Shown here piece by piece: positions 42,110-53,205 of a stretch of 64,000 bases of DNA. A program made the position numbers and the translations under genes. This stretch comes from Spirochaetaceae bacterium. Its GTDB lineage: Bacteria > Spirochaetota > Spirochaetia > DSM-2461. Every line of letters begins with the position of its first letter. Position 1 is the stretch's first letter. Below the pieces are notes generated by a model. That model did not search any database. It saw only the letters and a list, made by a program, of their open reading frames with translations, and was not told the DNA's origin. The DNA is taken from positions 128,001 to 192,000 of the forward strand of contig JAOPTT010000004.1 in the NCBI GenBank assembly GCA_051531975.1. Direction: 5' to 3'.

Positions 42110-42135
42110 GGTACCTGTCCTTTAGAATCAAGTCC
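42110..42135 (-). promoter_or_regulatory. pan-motif-like cis-regulatory hairpin occluding the panG RBS
   Basis: RNA GGACUUGAUUC-UAAA-GGACAGGUACC folds with one bulged A on each strand and ends right before the AUG. Confidence 0.6.
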
Positions 42136-42190
42136 TTATTTTTTAAAAATATGAATAAATGTCACCTTTCCCAAGAATAGATGCTCTTTA

Positions 42191-42219
42191 ATAGTATTAA
42201 TAGTAGGAATAAATGTCAA
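42191..42219 (-). promoter_or_regulatory. Sigma-70 promoter of the pan/coa operon
   Basis: Minus strand TTGACA(42219)-17 bp-TACTAT(42196). Confidence 0.6.
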
Positions 42220-42271
42220 TCAACAAGGTATTGACGTTGTATGATTAGTATGTTGGGCGTATAATATAAAC

Positions 42272-43672
42272 ATGAAAAGAATATGCTTATTAGCTATCTC
42301 TGTTATTCTTATCTCATCTTGTGGCAATCTTTCTTTAGATACAGATTCTGTAATAGTTGACTCCATAGACCCTGGTCAAGTTCTTACAATAGGGGATGTT
42401 TTTGATATTTCTCTTACTAAAAGCAGCGACTCTGTTATAGTTGATTTAACTTCTGCAATTGTAAAAATTACCCCTTTAGACCACAATAATATGAACAATG
42501 AATTCAGGGAAACTCTTGAATATGATATAGATTTAGAAGAGTATCCTAATCCTAAATTTGAAGTTACTACTGATTTTCAAGACGGTCTCTATAATATACA
42601 AATAACAGTATATGACAATGATTCTATAGCAAGTGAATATGAAGCAGAATTTATTGTATATTCTGGTTTTTTAAGTGGAAGCGTTTTTGGATTGCATCCG
42701 TCTCTATATCTATATACAAATTCTAAAGTACTTTTGGAAAGTGAAGTAACATATTCAGAATATATTGATCCATATCTTGTATGGAGTTTTGAAGATGAAG
42801 TCTTTTTTGAAGGATACCTCTCAGATGGTACAAATTCAGCAGTTTGGGATACATTAGATCGGGTAGGATTTATTGATATAAAGTTAGAACTATATCCATA
42901 TAAACTTGAATCTTATGTTGAGTCAAATATTTACGTAAACTTCTCATTTGTAATAAACCCGATAATGGTTGAACTTTCTTTAAGTCAAAATTATGAAAAC
43001 GAATTTAAGGTTCTCTATTTTAATGGTAATTATATTGATGAAGTTAATAAAGAACTAGAAATCTACTCTTATGGTGAAACTAACCCAATGTTAGTTCAAG
43101 ATTTTTATGGAATGGAAATTAATTCTGATCAAGGCTTTTTATCAGATGACTCTCTGTTTCCATTTGATCCAATAGACAACGGTATTGATCCAATAGATAA
43201 CAGCATAAAAGACTTCTCTATACTCTTAGATTTTATACCTCTAAACAGTAATGATGGATCAATAATCTATAACGAACATGGAAATTACACATTTAGTCTG
43301 TTTAGTCAGGACGGTTTTTTAAAAAACTCAATTACATCTTCTGATATAAATTCCGAAGTTGTGGATATTGTTAAACTTATTGAAGGTCAAAGCATCAATT
43401 TAATAATTAACTTTTCACTTATTGAGACTGGATTTAGTATCGATTATTATATCGATTCAATTTTAGTGAATAGTTCTGAACTTATAATTGATAACAACTT
43501 GTTAGTAGATGAGCCTTTTAGCAGGTCTATAATTGTGGGGGGCTATAGTGACACCATTGGATTTAATGCTGTACTAGATACTCTTCAGGTAAGTAATTAT
43601 TTGCTTATTGATTTAAATGATTCAAATATAACTGATTTACCAATTTTGGAATCTATTATTGAAGAATTATAA
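42272..43672 (+). CDS. Acidic lipoprotein of unknown function
   Basis: Lipobox LISSC; very D/E-rich, beta-rich composition. Confidence 0.65.
   Translation: MKRICLLAISVILISSCGNLSLDTDSVIVDSIDPGQVLTIGDVFDISLTKSSDSVIVDLTSAIVKITPLDHNNMNNEFRETLEYDIDLEEYPNPKFEVTTDFQDGLYNIQITVYDNDSIASEYEAEFIVYSGFLSGSVFGLHPSLYLYTNSKVLLESEVTYSEYIDPYLVWSFEDEVFFEGYLSDGTNSAVWDTLDRVGFIDIKLELYPYKLESYVESNIYVNFSFVINPIMVELSLSQNYENEFKVLYFNGNYIDEVNKELEIYSYGETNPMLVQDFYGMEINSDQGFLSDDSLFPFDPIDNGIDPIDNSIKDFSILLDFIPLNSNDGSIIYNEHGNYTFSLFSQDGFLKNSITSSDINSEVVDIVKLIEGQSINLIINFSLIETGFSIDYYIDSILVNSSELIIDNNLLVDEPFSRSIIVGGYSDTIGFNAVLDTLQVSNYLLIDLNDSNITDLPILESIIEEL
43164..43205 (+). repeat. 21-bp in-frame tandem duplication (DPIDNGI/DPIDNSI)
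   Basis: TTGATCCAATAGACAACGGTA then TTGATCCAATAGATAACAGCA. Confidence 0.7.
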
Positions 43673-45029
43673 AATATGTCTTTCTCTTGTAATTCTGTTT
43701 TTATTCTCATGTCAGACAAATAAAATTCCTAGCTGGGTGACGGAGCCCCCAGAAGATGATGATATTTCTATTTATATTGTTGGACATGGAGTTAATAACG
43801 ATCCAGAAGAACAGATCAAGGCATCTTTTGAATCTGTAATAGACCAACTTTACTCCAGATTTGAAATACCTTCCAATAACTATTTGAATTCAACTCTAGA
43901 TCTGCTTTTAGAAGAGGCATATAAGAGAAGCTTAACAGACTTTGAGCAGAAAATTTCTATATTAGATAAATGGAACAACGATGAAAATCTTTATATTCTT
44001 GTTAGAATAAATAGATCTTTTTTTACACCTATAATCGAATTATATGCAAACCGGTATGATGAAATGATAGATTATTCCCATGAAAGTGAAACTTTAGGTG
44101 ATAAGTTGTTAACAGATGGAGAAATGTTTAAATCCTTTGACAGCTATCTAACAGCTCTCGGTTTTATGTTAGACAAAGAAGATGAGTTTTACTCACATTC
44201 AATTCTTGATATTATGGATAAAATATACAGTCTTGTTGATTCTATAGAATATCGTTTATTAGAATCATTTGATACTTTAACTATCGATTATCCTATTCAA
44301 AATAGACTTTTATTTGAAGTTAATGACAATTCTAATAAAGATTATAATGGTTTTTCATATAAAATCTCTTTTACTGAAGGTTGGGATTCCAGAGTAAGGG
44401 TTACGACAATACCTATTAGAGATAACTTTATAGAGTTTATCCCCCCTAAACCCCTAAAAAGTGGTACTTCAGAAATAATCACAATTCTAAATATCGATGA
44501 ACTATTTAATGTATTCACTCCTTGGCAAAATAATCATAACTTAGAATCCCAGATAGGTCTGTTCAAAACTAAATTGGAAAAATTATTAGAAGAATCTAAA
44601 ACCTCTATTAAATACAATGTAAAATCAGATCTTCAGTCTATACCAAAACTTATAGCTTTTAAAAATGGTATGGTATTAGAGGGTGTTAACAGGTTCTTAT
44701 TAGATAAAGGGAATCCAGTGGAGGTTACACCTCAGTATCAATTAGATGAGCCACTACAAAGCTATTTAAGAGAGTTAGATAGAATAACAGACGGGTTTTA
44801 TAATTATCTGATAATAGGGGATGAAATTAAGGAAGTTATAGAAACACAAGATGATCAAATCTTGATTAAATTAACAGGTAGTTTCTCTTTAATAGATATT
44901 CGTACAAGTAAAATTTTAAAAACAGAGTCAGTTAGTGCCGAATATAGTGGGGAACTTGGAAGTGAAAGTTTTGCATATTTAAGTTACGGATTAGAAGTTG
45001 GAAAAATTATTCACGAATTAAAATTCTGA
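43659..45029 (+). CDS. Lipoprotein of unknown function (LPP20-like N-terminus)
   Basis: Lipobox FLFSC followed by IPSWVTEPP..IYIVGHG. Confidence 0.6.
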   Translation: MKNYKICLSLVILFLFSCQTNKIPSWVTEPPEDDDISIYIVGHGVNNDPEEQIKASFESVIDQLYSRFEIPSNNYLNSTLDLLLEEAYKRSLTDFEQKISILDKWNNDENLYILVRINRSFFTPIIELYANRYDEMIDYSHESETLGDKLLTDGEMFKSFDSYLTALGFMLDKEDEFYSHSILDIMDKIYSLVDSIEYRLLESFDTLTIDYPIQNRLLFEVNDNSNKDYNGFSYKISFTEGWDSRVRVTTIPIRDNFIEFIPPKPLKSGTSEIITILNIDELFNVFTPWQNNHNLESQIGLFKTKLEKLLEESKTSIKYNVKSDLQSIPKLIAFKNGMVLEGVNRFLLDKGNPVEVTPQYQLDEPLQSYLRELDRITDGFYNYLIIGDEIKEVIETQDDQILIKLTGSFSLIDIRTSKILKTESVSAEYSGELGSESFAYLSYGLEVGKIIHELKF

Positions 45030-45718
45030 GGGAAATTACTACAGATCCCAATACAACCAGCTTTTTCTGCTAATTTAAAGTCTTCTGGACTATCGACAGT
45101 CCAGGTATAACATTTCTTTTTTAGAATCTTTGTATAGATGTAAAAATGTAACCCTTTTAGCTGAGTTATATTTGGTTTTATTATATCGACTTTAGTAAAA
45201 AACAGACCTAATCCATTTCTTAAAAAAAATGGAAGTGTTTTCTTTTTACAATAGAGAATTGCTGTTGGGATATTACTTTTAAATCTATTGAAGTGTAATA
45301 ATACTAGAGGATCAAAACTAGATATAAAACAATGTTGTTGTAGATTATGTTTCATGATCAATTCAAATAGCTTTTTCACTAATTCTTTTCTATTCTTTTT
45401 AGGGGATTTTACTTCGATGTCATAATGAATCTTATCTTTTAACAGTAAAAAAACATCTTCTAATAGTGGAATAGATTGTTCCTCTCCAATATCTAATTTT
45501 TTTAGTTCAGAATAATTTGTTTCACAAACCTCATTATAAATACCAGTCATGTTGTAGGTATTAAAATCGTGAATTACAACTAATTGTCCATCGGCAGACA
45601 TATGTATATCGAGCTCCACTCCTTCAATGTTGTGGGTTAATAGTAGTGCAAAACTTTTTAAGCTATTTTCTGGTGCTAAAGATGGAATACCTCTATGACC
45701 GTATACTTTAGGTTTCAT
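45011..45718 (-). CDS. Glycerophosphodiester phosphodiesterase
   Basis: GHRG..PENS, ELDIH, VVIHD, IEVK, WTVD. Confidence 0.9.
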   Translation of the reverse strand: MKPKVYGHRGIPSLAPENSLKSFALLLTHNIEGVELDIHMSADGQLVVIHDFNTYNMTGIYNEVCETNYSELKKLDIGEEQSIPLLEDVFLLLKDKIHYDIEVKSPKKNRKELVKKLFELIMKHNLQQHCFISSFDPLVLLHFNRFKSNIPTAILYCKKKTLPFFLRNGLGLFFTKVDIIKPNITQLKGLHFYIYTKILKKKCYTWTVDSPEDFKLAEKAGCIGICSNFPQNFNS

Positions 45719-45793
45719 GTATAAGATAATAATATTGTTTTTATGTTATCTCAATCTTTAAAGAGTTAAATATTTGTTATATTCTTCAGTGGT

Positions 45794-47158
45794 ATGAAAA
45801 ATTTTAATTACGATCCAGACGATCTTATTGTAGCACTTGCAACACCATGGGCTGAGAGTGCCTTGGCAATTATAAGAACTAGTGGTTCTGGATCTATAGA
45901 AAAAACAGCAGAATTATTCTCAAATGGTAAAAAACTACTGAATTCAGATCATAATCAGATGAATTATGGGTTTATATTAGATCCTTTAACAAAAGAGAAG
46001 TTAGACGAGGTAATGGTTGCAACCTTTAGAGCACCAAATGGTTATACTGGACAGGATAGTACTGAAATTTATTGTCATGGTAGTTTACCTGGTATCAAAA
46101 GAATTATTGATGCCTTTAAAAATATAGGTTTTAGAAATGCATCTCCTGGTGAATATACTTTTAGAGCATTTGCCAGTGGGAAAATGGATTTAACTAGAGC
46201 GGAAGCTGTTCAGGATATTGTTAGTGCAAAATCTAAAGAGGCACAATCTTTAGCATTAAATAGACTTTCTGGTAATATTGAAGATAAGATCAATCAAATT
46301 AAGAGTCTTGTTTTAAATACTATATCAGCAATTGAGATTCAGTTAGATTACCCTGAAGATGAGGGTGGTTTAGCCCATGTTCCAATTCATGATATTTTAA
46401 CGGCTGAGAAATCAATTGAGAAACTTTTAGCAACTTATAGTGCAGGGCGAATTTATAAAGAAGGTGTTAAAGTTGTCTTAGCTGGTAAAACAAATGCTGG
46501 AAAATCATCACTGTTTAATCTGTTTTTAAGAGAAGATAGATCTATTGTTTCTGAAGTTCATGGAACAACAAGAGACTATTTAGAGTCTTGGATCTCTTTA
46601 GGTGGTATACCTGTAAAAATATATGATACTGCAGGAATTAGAAACGCCACAGATTCAGTTGAGATTGAAGGAATTAAACGAACTCAGAATATTGTAGAGA
46701 ATGCAGATATTATTATCTACTTGGTTGATGGATCTGAAGGTTTGCAAGATGATGAAAAAGAGCAGTTTAATAAATTAAAAGTCAAAGAAAATTTTATTGC
46801 TTTATGGAGTAAAATAGATAACCCAGGTGTTATTGCTCCGGAAGGTTTTTTAGGTATAAGTACAATAAATCATGAAGGTTTTACTGAACTAGAAGAGTTA
46901 ATAAAAGAGAAAATATTCAAAGGTAATTATGTTCAAACTGATGATGCTGTTATAGATTCAGAGAGACAGAAGGATCTACTTGAAAAATGTCTAAGCGAAT
47001 TAAAATTATTTAGAGATGGTATGGCATCTGGGACTCCATTAGATTTAGTTGCCCAGGATATAAAAGAAGCATTAGATTGTTTAGGCGAGATTACAGGAGA
47101 AGTAACCACCGCTGATATTTTAGAAAATATGTTCTCCCAATTTTGTGTAGGAAAATAA
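45794..47158 (+). CDS. mnmE: tRNA modification GTPase MnmE
   Basis: [19 protein letters not shown]-terminal FSQFCVGK. Confidence 0.97.
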   Translation: MKNFNYDPDDLIVALATPWAESALAIIRTSGSGSIEKTAELFSNGKKLLNSDHNQMNYGFILDPLTKEKLDEVMVATFRAPNGYTGQDSTEIYCHGSLPGIKRIIDAFKNIGFRNASPGEYTFRAFASGKMDLTRAEAVQDIVSAKSKEAQSLALNRLSGNIEDKINQIKSLVLNTISAIEIQLDYPEDEGGLAHVPIHDILTAEKSIEKLLATYSAGRIYKEGVKVVLAGKTNAGKSSLFNLFLREDRSIVSEVHGTTRDYLESWISLGGIPVKIYDTAGIRNATDSVEIEGIKRTQNIVENADIIIYLVDGSEGLQDDEKEQFNKLKVKENFIALWSKIDNPGVIAPEGFLGISTINHEGFTELEELIKEKIFKGNYVQTDDAVIDSERQKDLLEKCLSELKLFRDGMASGTPLDLVAQDIKEALDCLGEITGEVTTADILENMFSQFCVGK

Positions 47159-47160
47159 AT

Positions 47161-49011
47161 ATGGATTATGATTCAATAGTAGTAGGTGCTGGGCACGCAG
47201 GTATAGAAGCGTCTTTAGCACTATCAAGAATGGGGTTTAAAACCCTTTTAATAACTCAAAACTTAGACCAAATAGGGAAGCTATCTTGTAACCCTGCAAT
47301 AGGTGGTCTTGCAAAGGGTAATATGGTTCGGGAGATTGATGCATTAGGTGGTCAGATGGCTAAACTAATAGATGCATCAATGATTCAGTTTAGAATATTA
47401 AATCAGAGTAGAGGCCCTGCTGTACAAGCTCCTAGAGCCCAGGCTGATAGGTTTTTATACCAGACGTTAGCCAAGAAAACTGTAGAGTCACAAAATAATC
47501 TTTCTGTTTTTCAGGACACTGTCGTTGAGATTTTAACTGACAAAAAAAATGAAAACTGTACTGGTGTGAAAACTGAGCGTGGTAACAGTATTAGTGCAAA
47601 AAGTGTAATAATATCTGCAGGGACTTTCTTGGATGGTAAAGTCTTTATTGGTAAATATACAGCTTCAAGTGGACGTATAGGTGAACCCGCTGCGATAGGG
47701 CTAGGAGCTGATCTAAGGTCTAAAGGCTTTAATTTAGGGCGAATGAAAACTGGAACTCCTGCAAGAATAAAAAAATCCTCAGTAGACTTTTCAAAGATGG
47801 AAGAGCAGAGTGGGGATGCTACAATGTATCCGTTTTCATTTAGTTATGATGAAATAGTTGATCGACCATACGTTCCTTGTCATATAACTTATACAAATGA
47901 TGAAACACACAAAATAATCTCAGATAATATGCACTTATCACCTCTGTATGGTGGTGATATCGTTGGTAAAGGTCCACGTTATTGTCCTTCAATTGAGGAT
48001 AAAGTGACTAGATTTCCTGAAAGAGGAAGACATCAGATTTTTATAGAACCAGAAGGTATGAATACTGAAGAGATGTATATGAATGGTATATCATCTTCTC
48101 TGCCAGAAGATGTTCAAGCACAATTTATTAGAACTATTCCAGGGCTTGAAAACGTAGAGATTATGAGACCAGGATATGCCGTAGAATACGATTATATTGA
48201 CCCAACATCTCTCTATCCAACTTTAGAGACAAAAGCTCTTAGTGGGCTCTATTTTGCTGGTCAAACAAATGGTACCTCTGGGTACGAAGAGGCTGGAGTT
48301 CAGGGATTAATGGCAGGTATTAATGCTGGATTAAAAATGAGAGGTGAGGAACCTCTAATACTAAATAGATCTGAAGCCTATGCTGGAGTATTAATCGATG
48401 ATCTTGTTACAACAGGAACCGATGAACCATATAGAATGTTTACTTCTAGGGCTGAATATAGGTTAAACCTTAGACACGATGCCGCTGATATTAGACTTTT
48501 TGAAATGGGGCAAAGAGCGGGAATTAGAACCTCGGAAGATATTTTGAAATTCCAGGAGAAAGTTAAAAATATAGATGCAATCAAAGACTTATTAAGAGAT
48601 AGTAGAATTAAAAAAGAGCTTTTATCAGAAACAATAAAAGAGAATGCATTAGGCAAAACCTTATACGATGTGGTTAAAGATCCAACAATTTCAATTCATA
48701 ATGTAAAAGAGGTTGTTCCTGAATTAGAAAAATATTCTGAACCACTTTTAAATCATGTAGAGTTGGATATCAAATATGAGGGTTATATAGTTAAACAAAA
48801 CCAACAAGTAAAAAAATTCATGAAAATGGAAAAAGTAAAAATTCCAGTCGATTATGATTTTAAAGCTATTGATGGATTATCAAATGAGTCCAAAGAGAAG
48901 CTTACAAAAATAAAACCTCTAAGTGTAGGACAAGCATCTAGAATATCAGGTGTGAGAACCTCAGATATTGCAGTTCTTCTGCTAATGCTTGGAAAAGGTG
49001 GTAAGAAGTAG
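47161..49011 (+). CDS. mnmG: tRNA uridine 5-carboxymethylaminomethyl modification enzyme MnmG
   Basis: [40 protein letters not shown]; start placed at ATG 47161. Confidence 0.97.
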   Translation: MDYDSIVVGAGHAGIEASLALSRMGFKTLLITQNLDQIGKLSCNPAIGGLAKGNMVREIDALGGQMAKLIDASMIQFRILNQSRGPAVQAPRAQADRFLYQTLAKKTVESQNNLSVFQDTVVEILTDKKNENCTGVKTERGNSISAKSVIISAGTFLDGKVFIGKYTASSGRIGEPAAIGLGADLRSKGFNLGRMKTGTPARIKKSSVDFSKMEEQSGDATMYPFSFSYDEIVDRPYVPCHITYTNDETHKIISDNMHLSPLYGGDIVGKGPRYCPSIEDKVTRFPERGRHQIFIEPEGMNTEEMYMNGISSSLPEDVQAQFIRTIPGLENVEIMRPGYAVEYDYIDPTSLYPTLETKALSGLYFAGQTNGTSGYEEAGVQGLMAGINAGLKMRGEEPLILNRSEAYAGVLIDDLVTTGTDEPYRMFTSRAEYRLNLRHDAADIRLFEMGQRAGIRTSEDILKFQEKVKNIDAIKDLLRDSRIKKELLSETIKENALGKTLYDVVKDPTISIHNVKEVVPELEKYSEPLLNHVELDIKYEGYIVKQNQQVKKFMKMEKVKIPVDYDFKAIDGLSNESKEKLTKIKPLSVGQASRISGVRTSDIAVLLLMLGKGGKK

Positions 49012-49634
49012 TGTCAGTATTAATAGATGGATTAAAAGAACTAAAAATAGATTATGCAAGTGAGCAGTTAGATTTAATTACTGAATATATAGATGAAGTA
49101 ATGTTATTTAATCCTAAGTATAGCCTTGTAAATGCAACAGGAGATACTTTTATTATTAAACATATTTTAGACTCATTAGCTGGAGTTCATGAAATTAGAA
49201 AACTTGATCCAAAAACAATAGCCGATGTTGGTTCTGGTGGTGGTTTCCCAGGAATTCCATTAGCCATAATATTACCAGAAGTTGAATTTCATCTGATTGA
49301 AAGGTCTGGGAAAAGGTGTAATTTTTTAAGAAATGCAATATTAACCCTTGGGCTTAAAAATGTAACTGTTAGAGAGTCTGCTGTAGAGAAAATAAAAGAG
49401 AGGTTTGACATTGTAACCTTTAGAGCATTTACTCCAATGGAGCCACCAATAACAAAATGTCTACTTTCCTTATTAAATGATGAAGGGATTATATTTGCAT
49501 ATAAAGGTAAAAAAGAGACTATAGTTCAAGAACTTAAAGTTATTGATAATTTAGTGAACGATACAAAGATAATACCTATAAAAGTGCCTTTCTTAGATGA
49601 TAAGCGTAACTTTTTAATACTAAGTAATAATTAG
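49011..49634 (+). CDS. rsmG: 16S rRNA m7G527 methyltransferase
   Basis: HILDSL, DVGSGGGFPGIPLAI, RAF; follows mnmG. Confidence 0.95.
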   Translation: MSVLIDGLKELKIDYASEQLDLITEYIDEVMLFNPKYSLVNATGDTFIIKHILDSLAGVHEIRKLDPKTIADVGSGGGFPGIPLAIILPEVEFHLIERSGKRCNFLRNAILTLGLKNVTVRESAVEKIKERFDIVTFRAFTPMEPPITKCLLSLLNDEGIIFAYKGKKETIVQELKVIDNLVNDTKIIPIKVPFLDDKRNFLILSNN

Positions 49635-50974
49635 TTATCAACTTTGTTGAGGAATTTTAGAAGTTTAGGCTTATCGATTAGATCAATAAGTCTTGCTTCA
49701 ACAAAGCTTTGAGCGCCTTCAGAAAAACTACCACATGTAAAACAAAAACCTCTACCAGCTCTAGTATCTTTTAATCTAGCATATAATTCTCTAATCACAA
49801 GTTCTCCAATGTCGCCCTCTGTTCTCATAAACTTAAAAAGGATAATATCTTCCCACTTTCTATTTTTTACTTCTGCAATAATTTCTACAAAGTCAGAACT
49901 TCCTTGAACTATATCAATTATTTTAATTGATGATTTAGAGAATGTAACTGCAACAATGCTTTTACATAAGTTAACATATTCAGGAGTTTGAGAATTAAGA
50001 TATGAACCAAGGTTTCTATTTACAGCTAACTCTTTAAATCTATTAAGTAAAATAGGAACATCTTTATAATTTATTGATAAATTATTAACTTTTTTCAAAT
50101 GCATTATAGAGTCATCGTGCTGTCCAGTTTTTGCAAAAACTAAAGCAAGTCTATAGTGTATCTCAACTTTAATATCCGAAACGATATTACTGTTTCTAAG
50201 ACCAACTTCAAAGTCTACTATTGCATCATCATAATTTCTTTGAGATGTATTAATTGTTCCTGCAAAAAGTGCTGCATTTGGGCCCCATTTATCATCTAGT
50301 CGGAGACCTGTAAATAGTTTTAATGCTCTGTCACTTTGGTTTACTTTATGGCAGCATTTAGCAAAGTTAAATACAGTTTCTTTATCGCTATAATCTGCTT
50401 CTACTGCTTTCGCTAAATGTGGATAGGCAAGTTTAAAATCTTTTAATTTAAAAAAGCTTAGCCCTAAATATTTTCTATTATCACTATCATTTGGTTTTTC
50501 GTCGACACACTTTTTTAATAGTCCTGCAGCTTTATCGTATTTTTTTAGTTTGTACTCAATTTTACCAAGAGTAGAGTTTAGAACATAGTTCTCTTTATCC
50601 AAGCTCCAAGCAAATAGAAGAGACTTATATGCTGTATCAAATGAGTGTAGTTGATAAGAACTCATACCATATCTAAAGTTAATTAACCCCTGATCCAGAG
50701 TAGGTTGAGTTACACATAGATCAAGAAGTATTCGATAAGTTTGTAATGCTTTCTCAAAGTTGTTTTCATTATAATATATATCTGCTAAAATCAGTAGTGC
50801 TGATGGGTCTCTAGGGTTATGTGCTAACCTTTTTGTTGCTTCTTTTAAAAGAGATTTTTTATCTTTTTTCTTATCGTGTCCATGAGCAACTTTATTTTTA
50901 AAGTAGAATACTATCCCTATAGTAGACATAATTACTAATAGGATAATAATAAGTGCTATTATGTTTGTAGTCAT
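49631..50974 (-). CDS. Membrane-anchored TPR protein with C-terminal Mrr-like restriction-endonuclease fold
   Basis: N-terminal TM helix, multiple TPRs, IGELVIRELY..GFCFTCGSFSEGA..IDLID. Confidence 0.7.
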   Translation of the reverse strand: MTTNIIALIIILLVIMSTIGIVFYFKNKVAHGHDKKKDKKSLLKEATKRLAHNPRDPSALLILADIYYNENNFEKALQTYRILLDLCVTQPTLDQGLINFRYGMSSYQLHSFDTAYKSLLFAWSLDKENYVLNSTLGKIEYKLKKYDKAAGLLKKCVDEKPNDSDNRKYLGLSFFKLKDFKLAYPHLAKAVEADYSDKETVFNFAKCCHKVNQSDRALKLFTGLRLDDKWGPNAALFAGTINTSQRNYDDAIVDFEVGLRNSNIVSDIKVEIHYRLALVFAKTGQHDDSIMHLKKVNNLSINYKDVPILLNRFKELAVNRNLGSYLNSQTPEYVNLCKSIVAVTFSKSSIKIIDIVQGSSDFVEIIAEVKNRKWEDIILFKFMRTEGDIGELVIRELYARLKDTRAGRGFCFTCGSFSEGAQSFVEARLIDLIDKPKLLKFLNKVDN

Positions 50975-51028
50975 ATGATATTATGCTATCAGTAAACTTC
51001 AAATGTCAAGAAACTAAATTAAATAGGA

Positions 51029-53188
51029 TTGAAGGTATACATGTTTGTGTTCAATAAAAATACTAAAAAACAATATTTATCTATTCTTACTCTAATAATA
51101 GTCATTTTATTAGTAAACTCATGTTCCCTTGGAAGGGTGTTTGGTCTCAAAAAAGAGGACTTTTTAGGAAAAGTTTCAAGAAAAGATTATGGTTTTTTGT
51201 CTGAAGTAGATTATTTAAAAAATAGTATTACTGAGATTAATAGACTAGGTGATGGTGCATCCTATTATATGTCTTTTGTTTATAAAAACAACAATATGCT
51301 ACTGTTTAGTAATAAGTTGTTATATCAGGAAATTCAAAATAAACATGCATTTTATGGACCTAAAGCTGCATTCCAACTTTTAAAACAACTCTTACACGAA
51401 AAGGATTATATTAAAGCAGAAGCACATGCTTTAGATTTTTATGATATCTATGATGGTGATTATCCTGGAATAAGAAAACAATATATCGAAGCTTTATATT
51501 GGCAGAGAAAAGATGACCAAGTTGTTCCATATATCTCAAACTTAGATAGATCTTTATATTCTGATTATTCTAATTATGAGTTAGATATGCTTAAGTGCGT
51601 ATCTAGTGCACGGTTAAACAGTTCAGATTGGGAAGATCAGTATAGATCACTTTTTTACAATCAACCTCTTTCTCACTTGTTAACTAGAGCTTATTCATTT
51701 ATAGATGTATACCCAGATTATGGTAAAGGATTTTCTAAGGATGAAAAATTAACGTTTAAAGCTCTTGCAGCTGCTAGTAGTGGAAAATATAATTCTGCTC
51801 AAGATATGTTAAGACCACTACTGTATAAAAATGCTGAAATATTCTCTACTAAACAATCAATTAAAAATGTATCAAAAATTATAAAATCTTCAAATGTTAT
51901 TACATTAAACTTAGACGCATTTTATTATGCTATGGAAAATAGTATTGATGACAGAAAAGATGATGCTCTTGTTGCATATGCCGCTCTGTTTTTCAAAAGA
52001 AATAGTTATAGAGCCGTTGTAGAACTATTGGAAGATTCATTAGAAGATATGCCGATTGGAAATACAAAGGATGATGGAATATGGTACTACCTTTTAAGTT
52101 TATCCCATGTAAAAACTGAAAGTGTTGTTTCAAATTTAAAGTTTTATGTTGGGCAACTAAGTGATAATAACTATGCTTCAGATATTATTGACCATGTAAT
52201 TACAGCTTTAGTTCAAAACAAAGAGTGGGATTCCGTTTTAGAAATAGAATCAGTTGTAAAAAAATCAGGATCAATCCAGGATCAGTCTAGAGTTTCGTGG
52301 ATATTATCTAGAATATATTTTCATAATTTTATCTACTCAGATAATAAAGAAAAAATAATAGAAGAGGCTCTTGATAGTATTGTTACGTCTGATAGTTCTT
52401 CCTATTACTCATATATTGCAAACGCTCTACTTAAAAGAGAGTCAAATCTGGTGCTATTAGAGCCAAAAGATTCTACAGAACTTACAGATGACGATTTTTG
52501 GATTCATGGTTTTTTAACTTATGGCTTGGAAGATGAATCACTACTTTTTACAAAACAAGTTAAGGACTTAAACTATGATGTTGCCATTGAGCTTGCTACA
52601 CTTTTAGATAGTGAAGATAAACATTTGGAAACATTAAGGTTTTTATCTAAAAGTAGTGTTCCTCTTAATTCAGAGAGTTTCCCTCTATATTATCCATTAC
52701 CTTATAAAGATAAGATTGTAGAAATAGCTTCTGCATATAATTTCCCAGCAACACTTTTTTCAGGTTTAATAAGAACTGAAAGTGGGTTTGATATGGACGT
52801 TGTCTCATCAGCTGGAGCTGTTGGTTTATCACAACTAATGCCTAGGACAGCTGTTGAACAAGCTACCGATCTAGGTTTAGGTACTCCTGATCTAACTGAT
52901 CCAGATATGAATATATTATTAGGTGGAACATATATCGATTGGTTAGTAGACCGATTTTATACTCTTTCAATATCTTGTATGGCATATAATGCCGGACCTG
53001 GTAATGTTTGGAGGTGGCAGAAACTGTGGGGAGATCTTCCCGATGAGCTATTTATAGAAGCCGCTCCTTTTAAAGAGACCCGAGATTATGTACCTAAAAT
53101 AGTTAGATCTGCAATTTATTATGGTCACGAAGAGTTCGATGTGACACCATATGATGTTGTTAAACAAATTTTTCCAGATATAGATTAA
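51029..53188 (+). CDS. Lytic transglycosylase lipoprotein (SLT domain)
   Basis: Lipobox LVNSC; IRTESGF, AGAVGLSQLMP, AYNAGPG, ETRDYV. Confidence 0.9.
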   Translation: MKVYMFVFNKNTKKQYLSILTLIIVILLVNSCSLGRVFGLKKEDFLGKVSRKDYGFLSEVDYLKNSITEINRLGDGASYYMSFVYKNNNMLLFSNKLLYQEIQNKHAFYGPKAAFQLLKQLLHEKDYIKAEAHALDFYDIYDGDYPGIRKQYIEALYWQRKDDQVVPYISNLDRSLYSDYSNYELDMLKCVSSARLNSSDWEDQYRSLFYNQPLSHLLTRAYSFIDVYPDYGKGFSKDEKLTFKALAAASSGKYNSAQDMLRPLLYKNAEIFSTKQSIKNVSKIIKSSNVITLNLDAFYYAMENSIDDRKDDALVAYAALFFKRNSYRAVVELLEDSLEDMPIGNTKDDGIWYYLLSLSHVKTESVVSNLKFYVGQLSDNNYASDIIDHVITALVQNKEWDSVLEIESVVKKSGSIQDQSRVSWILSRIYFHNFIYSDNKEKIIEEALDSIVTSDSSSYYSYIANALLKRESNLVLLEPKDSTELTDDDFWIHGFLTYGLEDESLLFTKQVKDLNYDVAIELATLLDSEDKHLETLRFLSKSSVPLNSESFPLYYPLPYKDKIVEIASAYNFPATLFSGLIRTESGFDMDVVSSAGAVGLSQLMPRTAVEQATDLGLGTPDLTDPDMNILLGGTYIDWLVDRFYTLSISCMAYNAGPGNVWRWQKLWGDLPDELFIEAAPFKETRDYVPKIVRSAIYYGHEEFDVTPYDVVKQIFPDID

Positions 53189-53205
53189 TAAAATAAGAGG
53201 AATTC

